DNA of 64,000 nt, taken from assembly GCA_018675975.1 (NCBI GenBank), contig JABGXB010000003.1, positions 66,181-130,180 of the forward strand, written 5' to 3'. Position numbers and translations under genes: made by a program. Position 1 is the stretch's first letter. Each line of letters begins with the position of its first letter. The notes beneath the pieces were generated by a model that ran no database searches, was not told the origin of the DNA, and saw nothing but the letters and a program-made list of their open reading frames with translations. Shown one piece after another: positions 1 through 10,105 of this stretch. Source of the stretch: Candidatus Woesearchaeota archaeon (lineage in GTDB: Archaea; Nanobdellota; Nanobdellia; Woesearchaeales; JABGXB01).

Positions 1-276
1 TTACAAGAATTATTAAATAGTTTAGAAATTTTAATTGGTGGAATATTTGGTCTATATTTAATTTATTTGATTTTTGTTGGATATCAAACATATAAATTAT
101 CAACTACATTTAGACAATTAAATAGAACTCTAGCAATGATAAGAGATGATTTGGAAACAAAAAATAATAAAGGTTCAAAAAAAAAAAAATCAAATAATAA
201 AAAATTTCATAGTAAAGATAAAAATTTAAAATCTAAATTTATTAAAAAAGTTAAAACTATTTTTGAAAGAATTTAA
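1..276 (+). CDS. Small membrane protein, 5' end outside the window
   Basis: Frame 1 is open from base 1 (LQELLNSLEILIGGIFGLYLIYLIFVGYQ...). It has one hydrophobic helix and a Lys-rich tail. Confidence 0.6.
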   Translation, partial: LQELLNSLEILIGGIFGLYLIYLIFVGYQTYKLSTTFRQLNRTLAMIRDDLETKNNKGSKKKKSNNKKFHSKDKNLKSKFIKKVKTIFERI

Positions 277-326
277 TATTATTATTAATTAGTATATTTT
301 ATAAATTAAAATAATTCCACAAAAAT

Positions 327-1064
327 ATGGAAGTTATTCATATGTATACTAAGGCAAAAATTGATGTAAATAAAGTACTTGATAATTTAAAACCACATTT
401 AAATAAATTACCAAAAAAAATTGGACTTGCAACAACAATACAATTTATAGATTATTTAGATCAAGTAAAACAATTTTTAATTGATAATGAAAAGGAAGTT
501 TTTATTGGAAATTCAAACATTAATAAAGGTCAATTATTAGGATGTAATACTAATACAATTAGTGATATATATTCAAAAGTTGATGGATTATTATATTTTG
601 GTGATGGTATTTTTCATCCAAAAGGTTTAACTGTTCATATGAGAAAACCATTATTTTGTTTTGATCCATTTTCATATGAATTTAAATTATTTGAAAATGA
701 AGATTTTGATAAAATAATTGGACGAATAAAAGGAGCTGCATTAAAATTTTTTGATTCAAAAAATGTTGGAATTTTAGTAAGTACAAAATCAGGACAATCA
801 CATTTAGCACGTGCAGAAAAATTTGCAAAATATTGTGAATCACAAGGAAAAAAAGCATTTATATTATTAAATGAAACTCTAGACTTTAATTCATTACAAG
901 ATTTTAATTTTATTGAAGTTTTTGTAAACACAATGTGTGCTAGAATAGGTTATGACGATACTGTAAAAATATTTGCACCAACAATTAATTTTGATGATTT
1001 ATTAAATTTTTTAGACGATTATGAGGATAAAAATGCATATAATTTAATGCAAATAAAAATGTAA
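327..1064 (+). CDS. dph2: Diphthamide biosynthesis protein Dph2 (short form)
   Basis: Motifs GQLLGC, YFGDGIFHP, GILVSTKSGQ and FVNTMCARI match archaeal Dph2. A TATA-like TTTATAAA lies about 25 nt upstream. Confidence 0.85.
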   Translation: MEVIHMYTKAKIDVNKVLDNLKPHLNKLPKKIGLATTIQFIDYLDQVKQFLIDNEKEVFIGNSNINKGQLLGCNTNTISDIYSKVDGLLYFGDGIFHPKGLTVHMRKPLFCFDPFSYEFKLFENEDFDKIIGRIKGAALKFFDSKNVGILVSTKSGQSHLARAEKFAKYCESQGKKAFILLNETLDFNSLQDFNFIEVFVNTMCARIGYDDTVKIFAPTINFDDLLNFLDDYEDKNAYNLMQIKM

Positions 1065-1418
1065 ATGACATTATTAGATTTTTTAAAAACAAATATAAAT
1101 GGAATATATGAAAATGGTTTTTTTAAACCAGAAGATAAATTGAGTGTAGTAATATTCTATGAACATTTTTTAGGATTACATTATTTTAAATCAGTTAGTG
1201 AATATATTTCAACCTTATCATTAAGATTTACAGCTGGAAAAATAAATGAAATTGCTAGTGATGAAATATTTAATAATCCTAATTTGAAAAAAGAAGCTAA
1301 AAATTTATTTGAAGATGGATATTTAGTAGAACATATGAATGGATTTGGAATAAGTAATAAAGGAATTGATAAATGTAAAGAATTATTTCAAAAATATGAA
1401 TTGAATAGATTTATTTAA
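1065..1418 (+). CDS. Hypothetical protein (possible winged helix at C-terminus)
   Basis: ORF abuts dph2. The LFEDGYLVEHMNGFGISNKG segment resembles a wHTH wing. Confidence 0.55.
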   Translation: MTLLDFLKTNINGIYENGFFKPEDKLSVVIFYEHFLGLHYFKSVSEYISTLSLRFTAGKINEIASDEIFNNPNLKKEAKNLFEDGYLVEHMNGFGISNKGIDKCKELFQKYELNRFI

Positions 1419-1997
1419 TTACTTACCACGAGCTCCTTTAATTAATATATTATAAATTATTTTAGTTCCATATTTTAATTGAGTTTGAATTGGATTTATT
1501 TCTCTTTGATCTAAATAATCATTATAAAAATCAATAATTTGTGAAAATATTAAAGGTTTTTCACTTGCATATAAAACACCTAAAAAACCAGGTTTAAATT
1601 TTAATGTTCTTTCTTTTAATTCATCTGGAAATAATTTCCAATCATTTTTGCCCCCTGGACGAATTCCAACTAAAGATAAATCTCCTCTAATTAAAGAATA
1701 TAATTGTGGTAATTCATCAATCCAATATTTTCTTAAAATTTTACCAATTGGAGTAACTCTACTATCATTATCTGGTTTACCATATGAACCAATACCATTT
1801 TTTTCAATTTCATCAAATAACAATTCATCAGCATTAAATACCATTGTACGAAATTTAGGAATGTTTACAATTTCACCATCTTTTCCTAAAGCATGTCTAA
1901 TATAAAATAAATTGTTAAAAACACTATTAATTTGACAATTTATTGCTTCAAATGATACATTTGGAAATACTGTCGAGACTAAATTTTCAAGACCCAT
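1419..1997 (-). CDS. Bacterial-type sugar transferase (polyprenyl-phosphate phosphoglycosyl transferase, PglC/WcaJ C-terminal family)
   Basis: Motifs KFRTM, DSRVTPIGKILRKYWIDELPQL, GDLSLVGIRP and KPG. Confidence 0.85.
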   Translation of the reverse strand: MGLENLVSTVFPNVSFEAINCQINSVFNNLFYIRHALGKDGEIVNIPKFRTMVFNADELLFDEIEKNGIGSYGKPDNDSRVTPIGKILRKYWIDELPQLYSLIRGDLSLVGIRPGGKNDWKLFPDELKERTLKFKPGFLGVLYASEKPLIFSQIIDFYNDYLDQREINPIQTQLKYGTKIIYNILIKGARGK

Positions 1998-2108
1998 AAT
2001 GGAAATAAAATTATTTCATTTAAAAATATTATTAATATATATTCTTTATTATACAAAATCTTTTTATACCCAATGACATGTTTTAATTGTTAAAAAGAGA
2101 GGTTTATT

Positions 2109-3527
2109 ATGATTCCGGCATTAAGTTATGACGACGTTTTATTAATACCTAGAAGGTCTGGTGTTAAGAGTAGAAAAGATGTTAATTTAACTACAAAACT
2201 AACTAAAAATATTAAAATTAATAATCCAATAGTAGCTGCTAATATGGATACAGTTTGTGGATCTAAAATGGCAATTGCCATGGCAAAACTAGGTTGTGTT
2301 GGGGTAATCCATAGATTCAATACAGTTCAAGAGCAAGTAGAAGAAGTAAGGAAAGTAAAAAGATATAGAAATGCAATAATTGAAGATCCTCTTAAAATGG
2401 GTCCAGAGTTAACATTAAAAGAAGCTAAAAAAATAATGGATAAACATGGAATTTCAAGTACATTAATTGTAGATCAATATAATGAATTAATTGGAATATT
2501 AACTAGCCGAGATATTAGATTTCGTCCGTCTGACGATGTTTTAATTAGTGAATTAATGACACCTAGAGAAAAATTAATTACAGCAACTCCATTAATAACA
2601 GCTCCAGAAGCAAAAGATTTGCTTATGGAAAATAGAATAGAAAAATTACCATTAGTAAATGAAGATTGGACTTTAGCAGGTTTAATAACTGGAAAAGATT
2701 TGCATAAAAGAACATTATATCCAAATGATTCTCTTGATAGAAAAAATAGATTATTAGTAGGGGCTGCAATTGGTGTTAAAAGTGATTCAATTGATCGTGC
2801 TGAAGAATTAATTGATGCTGGCGTAGATTTTTTAGTTATTGACATTGCACATGGTCATAGCGATATAGTTATTGATACAATATTTAAATTAAAAGAAAAA
2901 TGGCCTGATACAGATATAATTGCTGGAAATGTTTGTACACCAGAAGGAACTCGCGATTTAATTAAAGCTGGTGCTGATGCAATTAAAATTGGAGTTGGAC
3001 CAGGTGCTAATTGTTCAACTAGAATTGTTACTGGTAGTGGATATCCTCAAGTAAGTGCAATTATTGAATGTTCAAAAATTGCTGAAGAATATAATATCCC
3101 TATAATTGCAGACGGTGGAGTAAAAAACAGTGGAGATATGATGAAAGCAATTTCAGCTGGTACAGATACAATCATGATAGGAAGTTTAATATCTGGAACT
3201 CGTGAAACTCCAGGAAATGTTATCGTAAAAGACGGACATAAATATAAATTATATAGGGGTATGGCGAGTAAATCTGCTAAAGATAGTAAAGATAATAAAG
3301 ATAAAAAAAAACAAGATGATGAATATGTTCCTGAAGGAGTAGAATCAATAATACCATATCGTGGTACTGTTAAAGAAATAATTATTCAATTATTAGGCGG
3401 AGTAAAAAGTGGTATGAGTTATTGTGGTGCGCACACAATTAGTGAAGCTAAAGGACTTAGAAATTTTGTGAAAATTACAGCTGCCGGTATGAAGGAAAGT
3501 ATACCCCACAATCAATACAAACAATAA
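2109..3527 (+). CDS. guaB: Inosine-5'-monophosphate dehydrogenase with CBS pair
   Basis: Motifs [20 protein letters not shown], catalytic loop [23 protein letters not shown] and PEGVE, plus a CBS subdomain. Confidence 0.93.
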   Translation: MIPALSYDDVLLIPRRSGVKSRKDVNLTTKLTKNIKINNPIVAANMDTVCGSKMAIAMAKLGCVGVIHRFNTVQEQVEEVRKVKRYRNAIIEDPLKMGPELTLKEAKKIMDKHGISSTLIVDQYNELIGILTSRDIRFRPSDDVLISELMTPREKLITATPLITAPEAKDLLMENRIEKLPLVNEDWTLAGLITGKDLHKRTLYPNDSLDRKNRLLVGAAIGVKSDSIDRAEELIDAGVDFLVIDIAHGHSDIVIDTIFKLKEKWPDTDIIAGNVCTPEGTRDLIKAGADAIKIGVGPGANCSTRIVTGSGYPQVSAIIECSKIAEEYNIPIIADGGVKNSGDMMKAISAGTDTIMIGSLISGTRETPGNVIVKDGHKYKLYRGMASKSAKDSKDNKDKKKQDDEYVPEGVESIIPYRGTVKEIIIQLLGGVKSGMSYCGAHTISEAKGLRNFVKITAAGMKESIPHNQYKQ

Positions 3528-3564
3528 TAAATATTTTTATAAAAGAAAAGTAAAAAATAACAAT

Positions 3565-4260
3565 ATGTATTTGTATAGAAACATTTTTGCTGAGCAAGGT
3601 TTAAAACCAGAAATTAATGATCAATCTGTTAGTCTTAGAAATGATAATGTTTGTTTTTTATATTTACCAGAAAATCATAGTTTATCTATTAAAGATTTTT
3701 ATCGATCTCATTTATTAGTTAATAGAATAAGTGAAAAAGGAAGTATTATAGTAAAATTAAATTCAGAAGTTCTTATCCCAGAATTTTTTTATAGACATTT
3801 AAATAAACAATTAAAAGAATTTGAAAAAGATGTTAGAGAAACAATTGACTATAATACAAAACTTAAATATAATTTAATATCAGTGGATATAGATTATAAT
3901 GTAATTGAAAATTTTATATCCAGATCTGAAATAAATACCAAATATAGAGAATTAGCAATATATAAACATAATTGTCCAAATTTAAATGAAATAGAAATTA
4001 AAAAAATTAAATCATGTTTTGATAGACACAAAATAAAATTCGACACAAAATTATTTAACAAATTAAAATTATTATTTCATCATGATCAGGACATATTAAG
4101 TTCTATGGAAGGAGCTAATTTAGAATATCAAAATGGAAATTTTTCTATTACTTTAAATGAAAAACAATTAAATTTTTCATTAAATGAAAATAAAATGCAA
4201 TTTGATGATTTATTATTTTTAAATACAGCATTATTTAGACAAAAATCTTTATCAAGATAA
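3565..4260 (+). CDS. Hypothetical protein
   Basis: 231-aa ORF with a TATA-like element upstream and no recognisable motif. Confidence 0.55.
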   Translation: MYLYRNIFAEQGLKPEINDQSVSLRNDNVCFLYLPENHSLSIKDFYRSHLLVNRISEKGSIIVKLNSEVLIPEFFYRHLNKQLKEFEKDVRETIDYNTKLKYNLISVDIDYNVIENFISRSEINTKYRELAIYKHNCPNLNEIEIKKIKSCFDRHKIKFDTKLFNKLKLLFHHDQDILSSMEGANLEYQNGNFSITLNEKQLNFSLNENKMQFDDLLFLNTALFRQKSLSR

Positions 4261-4301
4261 AATATCCATACATTTTTAAAATCTTGAAAATATTTATTTT
4301 T

Positions 4302-5069
4302 ATGACTAAAATAATTTCTTGGAATGTTAATGGAATAAGAGCAATTGAAAAAAAAGGATTTTTTGAATGGTTACATAAAGAGTCACCTGATGTATTATGC
4401 ATTCAAGAAACTAAAGCAGATAAATCACAATTATCAGAGACAATACTAAATCAACAAGGTTATGAAAGTCATTGGTCTTCATGTAGAATTAAAAAAGGTT
4501 ATTCAGGTGTTGCAGTTTATACAAAAATTAAACCAAATAAAATTGAATATGGTATAGGCATTGAAGAATTTGATCAAGAAGGACGATTCATAATTTTACA
4601 TTTTGATGCTTATATTTTATTTAATATTTATTTTCCAAATGGCAGTTCAGGAAATAAAAGAGTTCCATATAAAATGAGTTTTTATGATGCATTTTACAAA
4701 CATTGTCAAACATTATTAAATGAAGGTAAAAAAATTATTGTAACTGGTGATGTGAATACAGCCCATACCGAAATTGATTTATCTCGCCCTAAAAATAATG
4801 AAAAAAACACAGGATTTTTACCCGAAGAAAGAGAATGGGTTAGTAAATTTATTGAATTAGGTTTTATAGACACATTTAGAATGTTTAATGAAAAAGGTGA
4901 AAATTATACATGGTGGGATTATAAAACTCGAGCACGTGAAAGAAATGTTGGCTGGAGAATAGATTACTTTTTTGTTTCAAATAATATGAAAGAACAAATT
5001 AATTCTTCAATAATATTAAATCAAATAATGGGCAGTGATCACTGTCCAATAAAATTAGAATTAAAATAA
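4302..5069 (+). CDS. xth: Exodeoxyribonuclease III / AP endonuclease
   Basis: Motifs SWNVNGIRA, QETK, GYSGVA, GDVNTAH, WRIDYF and SDHCP. ATG at 4302 is preferred over TTG at 4284. Confidence 0.95.
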   Translation: MTKIISWNVNGIRAIEKKGFFEWLHKESPDVLCIQETKADKSQLSETILNQQGYESHWSSCRIKKGYSGVAVYTKIKPNKIEYGIGIEEFDQEGRFIILHFDAYILFNIYFPNGSSGNKRVPYKMSFYDAFYKHCQTLLNEGKKIIVTGDVNTAHTEIDLSRPKNNEKNTGFLPEEREWVSKFIELGFIDTFRMFNEKGENYTWWDYKTRARERNVGWRIDYFFVSNNMKEQINSSIILNQIMGSDHCPIKLELK

Positions 5070-5462
5070 TTATAAATTTAATTTATTAAATAAACTATTA
5101 ATTATTTCTTTTATATATTTTTTATTCAATTCAATATAATTTAAATTTATCATAAATCCCTCATAAGAAATTCTATTTCTATATTCCCTCATTTGTTGTA
5201 AAAATATTTTTAATTGTTGATTAATATAATTTTTTTTAAACATTTGATCAATAAGTTCTTTATGAGAACCATCTCCTTTAATTTTAATACCATCTTTTAA
5301 TAAAATTGCATCCATTAATTTATGTATAATATCATAATAATCTAATAAAGTATTACTTGGATATTTTTCAATATCAGTTTTATTCAATCGTTCTAATGTG
5401 ATTTTAGCCATTATTTGTAATGATTTTGCTTTTTGTAAATCAGGAGTTTGTTTAATAATCAA
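5070..5462 (-). CDS. HEPN-domain protein (MNT-HEPN pair)
   Basis: Has YYDIIH...H and REYRNRISY (Rx4-H/Y-like) motifs, and overlaps an upstream MNT gene by 4 nt. Confidence 0.75.
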   Translation of the reverse strand: MIIKQTPDLQKAKSLQIMAKITLERLNKTDIEKYPSNTLLDYYDIIHKLMDAILLKDGIKIKGDGSHKELIDQMFKKNYINQQLKIFLQQMREYRNRISYEGFMINLNYIELNKKYIKEIINSLFNKLNL

Positions 5463-5998
5463 TTAAAAACCTCTAAATAACCACTTAAAACAATACCATT
5501 AATTATATTATTTTTTAATTCTTTAGAATAATTATTAAATTTTTTATTAAAATGTAATTGAATTTTACGGTTTAATTTTTTTTCAAATATTTTTAAATCA
5601 ATATTATTAGATTTACATTCAATAAATAGATCAATATCACTATTAACTAAGTCTTCACCATGTTGAAAGCTACCAAATAAAATAATAGATTTAGGCATTA
5701 AATTATCATTTAAAAAATCGATCAATTTAGAATTTAAAATTTTGCTAATATTATATATTATTTTATATTTTTTAAATAAATCAAAATCTACATTCGCCTT
5801 ATAAAATGGAAATTTCCGTTTGCCTCTTTTTTCTATAATTTCACTTATTAGATTTAACTTTATTAGATTATTTAAATTATTTTTTACTGAAGTGTGAGCT
5901 AATTTTATTTTAATACTAATATCTTTTAAACAATATATTTCGTTTGGATTATCAAAATATAAATCCATTATTTTAATCATATTACTTTTTTGTAACAT
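5459..5998 (-). CDS. wHTH + minimal nucleotidyltransferase (MNT)
   Basis: N-terminal HTH and the LFGSFQHGED...SDIDL nucleotidyltransferase motif. Confidence 0.85.
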   Translation of the reverse strand: MLQKSNMIKIMDLYFDNPNEIYCLKDISIKIKLAHTSVKNNLNNLIKLNLISEIIEKRGKRKFPFYKANVDFDLFKKYKIIYNISKILNSKLIDFLNDNLMPKSIILFGSFQHGEDLVNSDIDLFIECKSNNIDLKIFEKKLNRKIQLHFNKKFNNYSKELKNNIINGIVLSGYLEVFN

Positions 5999-6028
5999 AT
6001 ATTACAATAATGTATTACAATATATAAA
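5991..6028 (-). promoter_or_regulatory. TATA box and inverted repeat of the MNT-HEPN operon
   Basis: TTTATATA on the minus strand at 6021-6028. TGTAA-N6-TTACA at 5991-6006 and TGTATTACA at 6011-6019 lie over or just upstream of the start codon. Confidence 0.5.
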
Positions 6029-6058
6029 TCTTTCTAAAATTAGAATTAAAATAAAAAA

Positions 6059-6226
6059 TTATTTTTTAAGTCTTACAGGTCTAAATTTATGTCCACCACA
6101 ACTTCTACAAGTAACTTCTTTTTTAATTACTTTCAAATTTGTAGTTCTAATACTAGTCTTACAATTTTTACATATAAATTTATTTTTGAACAATCTTGCA
6201 ATTGCTTCAACTAATTTTCCTGCCAT
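6059..6226 (-). CDS. rpl40e: 50S ribosomal protein L40e (missed by ORF track)
   Basis: Manual translation gives MAGKLVEAIARLFKNKFICKNCKTSIRTTNLKVIKKEVTCRSCGGHKFRPVRLKK (55 aa), with a CxxC...CxxC zinc finger. It lies directly downstream of aIF-5A. Confidence 0.9.
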   Translation of the reverse strand: MAGKLVEAIARLFKNKFICKNCKTSIRTTNLKVIKKEVTCRSCGGHKFRPVRLKK

Positions 6227-6240
6227 TTTATAACCTTAAT

Positions 6241-6651
6241 TTAAATATCTTGTTCTTGTTGAGTTTTAACTTGTTTCATTACTTTAGTACCCATTAAATC
6301 CCAATAAAGCACAAGACAACCTTCAACTACTTCACCTTCAACATCATCATCTATTTTTAGATCAAATGTTTCATAAGTTTCATTATCCATAACATTTGCC
6401 ATATCACCATTAACTGATAATACTTGAGCTGTTAATTTCTCAACTATGGGTGCTTCAATATTATCGTGAGCTGGCATTACAATAACTCTTGTTTTACCAT
6501 CAAGTAAACCTACTCCTTCTAATCTAACTTTAGAGTGACCGTGTTTCCCTGGTCTTGAAGTGGATGTACTTTTTACTCTACAAGGAGCACCATCTAATAC
6601 AACATACTTACCTTTTGTTAATTGTCCAACCGCAACTAATTTAACTCCCAT
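6241..6651 (-). CDS. eif5a: Translation factor aIF-5A
   Basis: Hypusine motif SRPGKHGHSK, and QVLSVNGDMANVMDNETYETF. Confidence 0.95.
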   Translation of the reverse strand: MGVKLVAVGQLTKGKYVVLDGAPCRVKSTSTSRPGKHGHSKVRLEGVGLLDGKTRVIVMPAHDNIEAPIVEKLTAQVLSVNGDMANVMDNETYETFDLKIDDDVEGEVVEGCLVLYWDLMGTKVMKQVKTQQEQDI

Positions 6652-6723
6652 ATATAAACCTCTTATGAAAAAGGGATTTGACGTATTTATAAAACTTATT
6701 ATTAAATTATATATATTTGGCTA

Positions 6724-7485
6724 TTATTCGTATATTAGAGTATATAATAATAATTTAAAATATGCAAAAAATAATGATAAAAATATTGCAAGTGAAAAAT
6801 AAAATAAATTATCATCATTAATTAAAAAAAGAAATATGATTACTATAAAAAAAGTAATTAATAATACAAATAATTTTAATATATTTTTTAATGTAAATAT
6901 TTTTTTATTAAAAACAGAATTAAATGCATTTGAAAAATTTTCATTTATTGTAATTAAATAATATAATTTAATATAAAATACCATTATTATAAAAAATATA
7001 ATTGTTAATGTGATTATGAAAAAATCAACTAGTCCTTGATTAAATATGATATTTAATAAAAATGTATTAATAAATGTAATTAATGAAGAAAACATTAATA
7101 GAATTAATAATAATATAAAAATAAATAATAAAATTAATCCACATTGAAAAATCCAACTTTTTAATTTAAATAAATTTGTTTTTCTTTTATGCATTATATT
7201 ATTTTCAATTGCATTAAATCCACCCCATATTAAAATTAATAATACTGGATATGTAATAATAAAAAATAAAATTAAGTTAATTTTACTTGATAAATAATTT
7301 TCTAAATATTCATATTGAGATTCAGTAATTTGATCTAATTTTTCTAAGCTATATAATTTTGAATCAAAATCAACAGTTGCCTCATTTAAATTATCATTAA
7401 TTAAAACACTCATTATAAGAACAAATATAAAAAAAATAATATTTGCTATTACTAATTTAAAATATATATTTTTATTAACTTTCAT
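6724..7485 (-). CDS. Multi-pass membrane protein, last gene of surface-protein operon 1
   Basis: About 6 hydrophobic helices. The ATG at 7485 follows the upstream stop by 1 nt. Confidence 0.65.
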   Translation of the reverse strand: MKVNKNIYFKLVIANIIFFIFVLIMSVLINDNLNEATVDFDSKLYSLEKLDQITESQYEYLENYLSSKINLILFFIITYPVLLILIWGGFNAIENNIMHKRKTNLFKLKSWIFQCGLILLFIFILLLILLMFSSLITFINTFLLNIIFNQGLVDFFIITLTIIFFIIMVFYIKLYYLITINENFSNAFNSVFNKKIFTLKNILKLFVLLITFFIVIIFLFLINDDNLFYFSLAIFLSLFFAYFKLLLYTLIYE

Positions 7486-7486
7486 T

Positions 7487-10105
7487 TTAACACGTAAATA
7501 AATTATCTTGATTTTTAATACATTCAAAAGGTGGCAAACTCATACTTATAATTTCTGATGTTTGTTCCACTTGACCATCAATAATTAATTTTGCTTGATT
7601 AAACATTTGATTTGATTTAACATCTTCTATTATTAAACTTGTTTCAACTAATGATTCACCAGGATTTAATGTTTTTTGATAAATATTTTTTGAAATTGCA
7701 ATATCTTCTTTTGGACAGTTGAAATGTCCACTTAAATATTCTTTAGTACAATATAATTGTATTTTTATATCCATTGGATTAAATCCTGCTTTTTTTGAAA
7801 AAGAAAGATCATATTTTAATTTTAATTTACTTGCATCAGTTTGAAGATCTTTTTGTTCTATTCTTAAAATCATATCAGGATTTGATATTGTATTTACTTG
7901 TTCTGCTGTAAGTCCACTTAATTGTTCTGAATTTATTGAAACTGTTCCACTTCTTCCTTTAACTGCAAAATAAAAATAATTATTAACTACATCTGCTAAT
8001 GAAATTGGATTAGGAATTAATTGTGCTTTTTCAAAATCATCATTAAATGTTTTTATTATTTCTTTATTCGTATTATAACTCATAGGCCATCCAATCATAC
8101 GCCCATTTGAAAAAAATGTTCTATGTTTTGAAATAGTATTTATTGTTTCTACTACTTTTGGTTTATTTGAATTTTCGTTAATTAAAAAATCATTTACATC
8201 AATTACTCTTGAAACAGAATTTAAAGGATTAAATAATTTATTATTTTGATTAAAATATAATTGATCTGAATTTGAAAACGTACTTGTACTTGAAGTTTCT
8301 ATTTTAGGATCTAAATCACGATTTACAATAGGTTGACATCCAAGTAAGCCTGGTTTTATTATTTTTGTATTAATTTGATTATTTACATGTGATGGTATAA
8401 ACCATAAACATACAAAATTCCATCTTCCATCACTTTCAAATTCAACTGTTCCTAATAAGGGTTTATCTAAATCTGCACTAAATACTTTTTGATTATCAAA
8501 TTCTATTATTTTCAAAGGAATATCACCATAATCTGCAGGAAGTTTTTTTGACGGATTATTAATATAATTTGCAACTGTTTGTAATAATTCCACATCTAAA
8601 TCTCCTAATAAAAATACAACTGCTTGATTTATTTTTGTTTTAATTGTTTCTTGAGTACCTTGACAAAATCCAGAGTTTGATTTTTCTCCTGCACCAACAT
8701 ACAAATTACAATCATTACTTAAACATTCTTCATCAGAATAACAAACTGCTCCATTAATTTTTTTATTTGATTCTAAATTTTTAGGAACTTCATTTGCCTT
8801 TATTGACCAAGTTAATGTGTACAATGAAACTTCTTGATATAAAGGTGAATATGAACCATCCCAATGTACATTAAAATTTTTCGTACTTAAAAATTGTTGA
8901 ACATTACCAACAGTTTTTCCAAATTGTTTTAATTTGTTTGCCTTTGAATTACAAATTAAATATTCAGGATTTAAATTTTTAAAAAATGAATTTTCAAAAA
9001 TTTCATCTATTAAATTATTATATGATTGACCAATACTTGATTTTCTCCATAATGCAGAAATACCAGGATCAATCGGTTTATGAATATTATCAATATCATC
9101 TACAGGTGTCATCTCACTTTCAAATGTTCCATCCTTATTTATATCATAACATTCATATTTTGGTTTTTTATCATCAAAAACTAATTTACAACAACCAGTT
9201 CCAGCATTATGTTTATTACATTGATAACCCGGTCTACAATTTGCTGTTGCCCAAAAATTAGTTTTACCTTCTTCTTTACAAAATTTAAATTCTCCTGAAT
9301 TTGGAAAACATGCAATATCTCCTTCTTTTTTACAAGTATATAATTGATCTCCATTACAAATTGCATTTTTATTTACATTTTGACAACCATTATTTCCACA
9401 AAAATTAGTTTGTATCATTTGTCCATTAAGACATGTTTCAATAACTCCATCATTACAATAATTTTGACTTTGAGAAAACTTTTGAATTGAGTCTCCTGAA
9501 CCAATTCTACATCCTAACATTGCATTTTCTATATCTTCTTTATTTGTTACACATAGTAATGGATAAGCATTTCCAGTTTCGCCACAAAATTTAGTTTTAT
9601 CAGTATTAAATTTCTTCTTACTTTCATCATCAGTTTTTCCATACAAAGTTTGTAATGCTTTAAACTCTTTGTCTTGTTTAATTAAAGTATTAATTGTATC
9701 TTGAGTAATAGTATTTGGAGCTGTTGGAATTAACTCACTATTCAAAGTAAAAAATTCAATACATTGTTTTGAATCTTTAAATTGATTTCGTTCCCAAGTT
9801 TTAACTGTAGCACATTGCTTATTAACAGTTGTTTGGAAATTTTTATCTTCTAATTGTTTATAAAATTCATTATCAAATTCAACTGGTTTAGATTCTTCAT
9901 TTTTAGTATCTTTTTTTATTTTTATTTTTGTTTCAATGGTTTTTTTTTTATCTTCTTGTAGTTCAACCACATCACTATCATGATCTACAGCATCTTGTAC
10001 CTTTTGTGGTATAACTTCTTCGTCTAAAAAAGGATTATATGTTGCAATCACAGAACTAAGACTAAATAAAATAATTAAAATTAATATTAAATACTTAATT
10101 CTCAC
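7487..10105 (-). CDS. Large secreted Cys-rich protein
   Basis: Likely GTG start at 10105, preceded by GGAGGT, gives signal peptide MRIKYLILILIILFSLSSVIA. It has many Cys-rich modules. Confidence 0.7.
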   Translation of the reverse strand: MRIKYLILILIILFSLSSVIATYNPFLDEEVIPQKVQDAVDHDSDVVELQEDKKKTIETKIKIKKDTKNEESKPVEFDNEFYKQLEDKNFQTTVNKQCATVKTWERNQFKDSKQCIEFFTLNSELIPTAPNTITQDTINTLIKQDKEFKALQTLYGKTDDESKKKFNTDKTKFCGETGNAYPLLCVTNKEDIENAMLGCRIGSGDSIQKFSQSQNYCNDGVIETCLNGQMIQTNFCGNNGCQNVNKNAICNGDQLYTCKKEGDIACFPNSGEFKFCKEEGKTNFWATANCRPGYQCNKHNAGTGCCKLVFDDKKPKYECYDINKDGTFESEMTPVDDIDNIHKPIDPGISALWRKSSIGQSYNNLIDEIFENSFFKNLNPEYLICNSKANKLKQFGKTVGNVQQFLSTKNFNVHWDGSYSPLYQEVSLYTLTWSIKANEVPKNLESNKKINGAVCYSDEECLSNDCNLYVGAGEKSNSGFCQGTQETIKTKINQAVVFLLGDLDVELLQTVANYINNPSKKLPADYGDIPLKIIEFDNQKVFSADLDKPLLGTVEFESDGRWNFVCLWFIPSHVNNQINTKIIKPGLLGCQPIVNRDLDPKIETSSTSTFSNSDQLYFNQNNKLFNPLNSVSRVIDVNDFLINENSNKPKVVETINTISKHRTFFSNGRMIGWPMSYNTNKEIIKTFNDDFEKAQLIPNPISLADVVNNYFYFAVKGRSGTVSINSEQLSGLTAEQVNTISNPDMILRIEQKDLQTDASKLKLKYDLSFSKKAGFNPMDIKIQLYCTKEYLSGHFNCPKEDIAISKNIYQKTLNPGESLVETSLIIEDVKSNQMFNQAKLIIDGQVEQTSEIISMSLPPFECIKNQDNLFTC

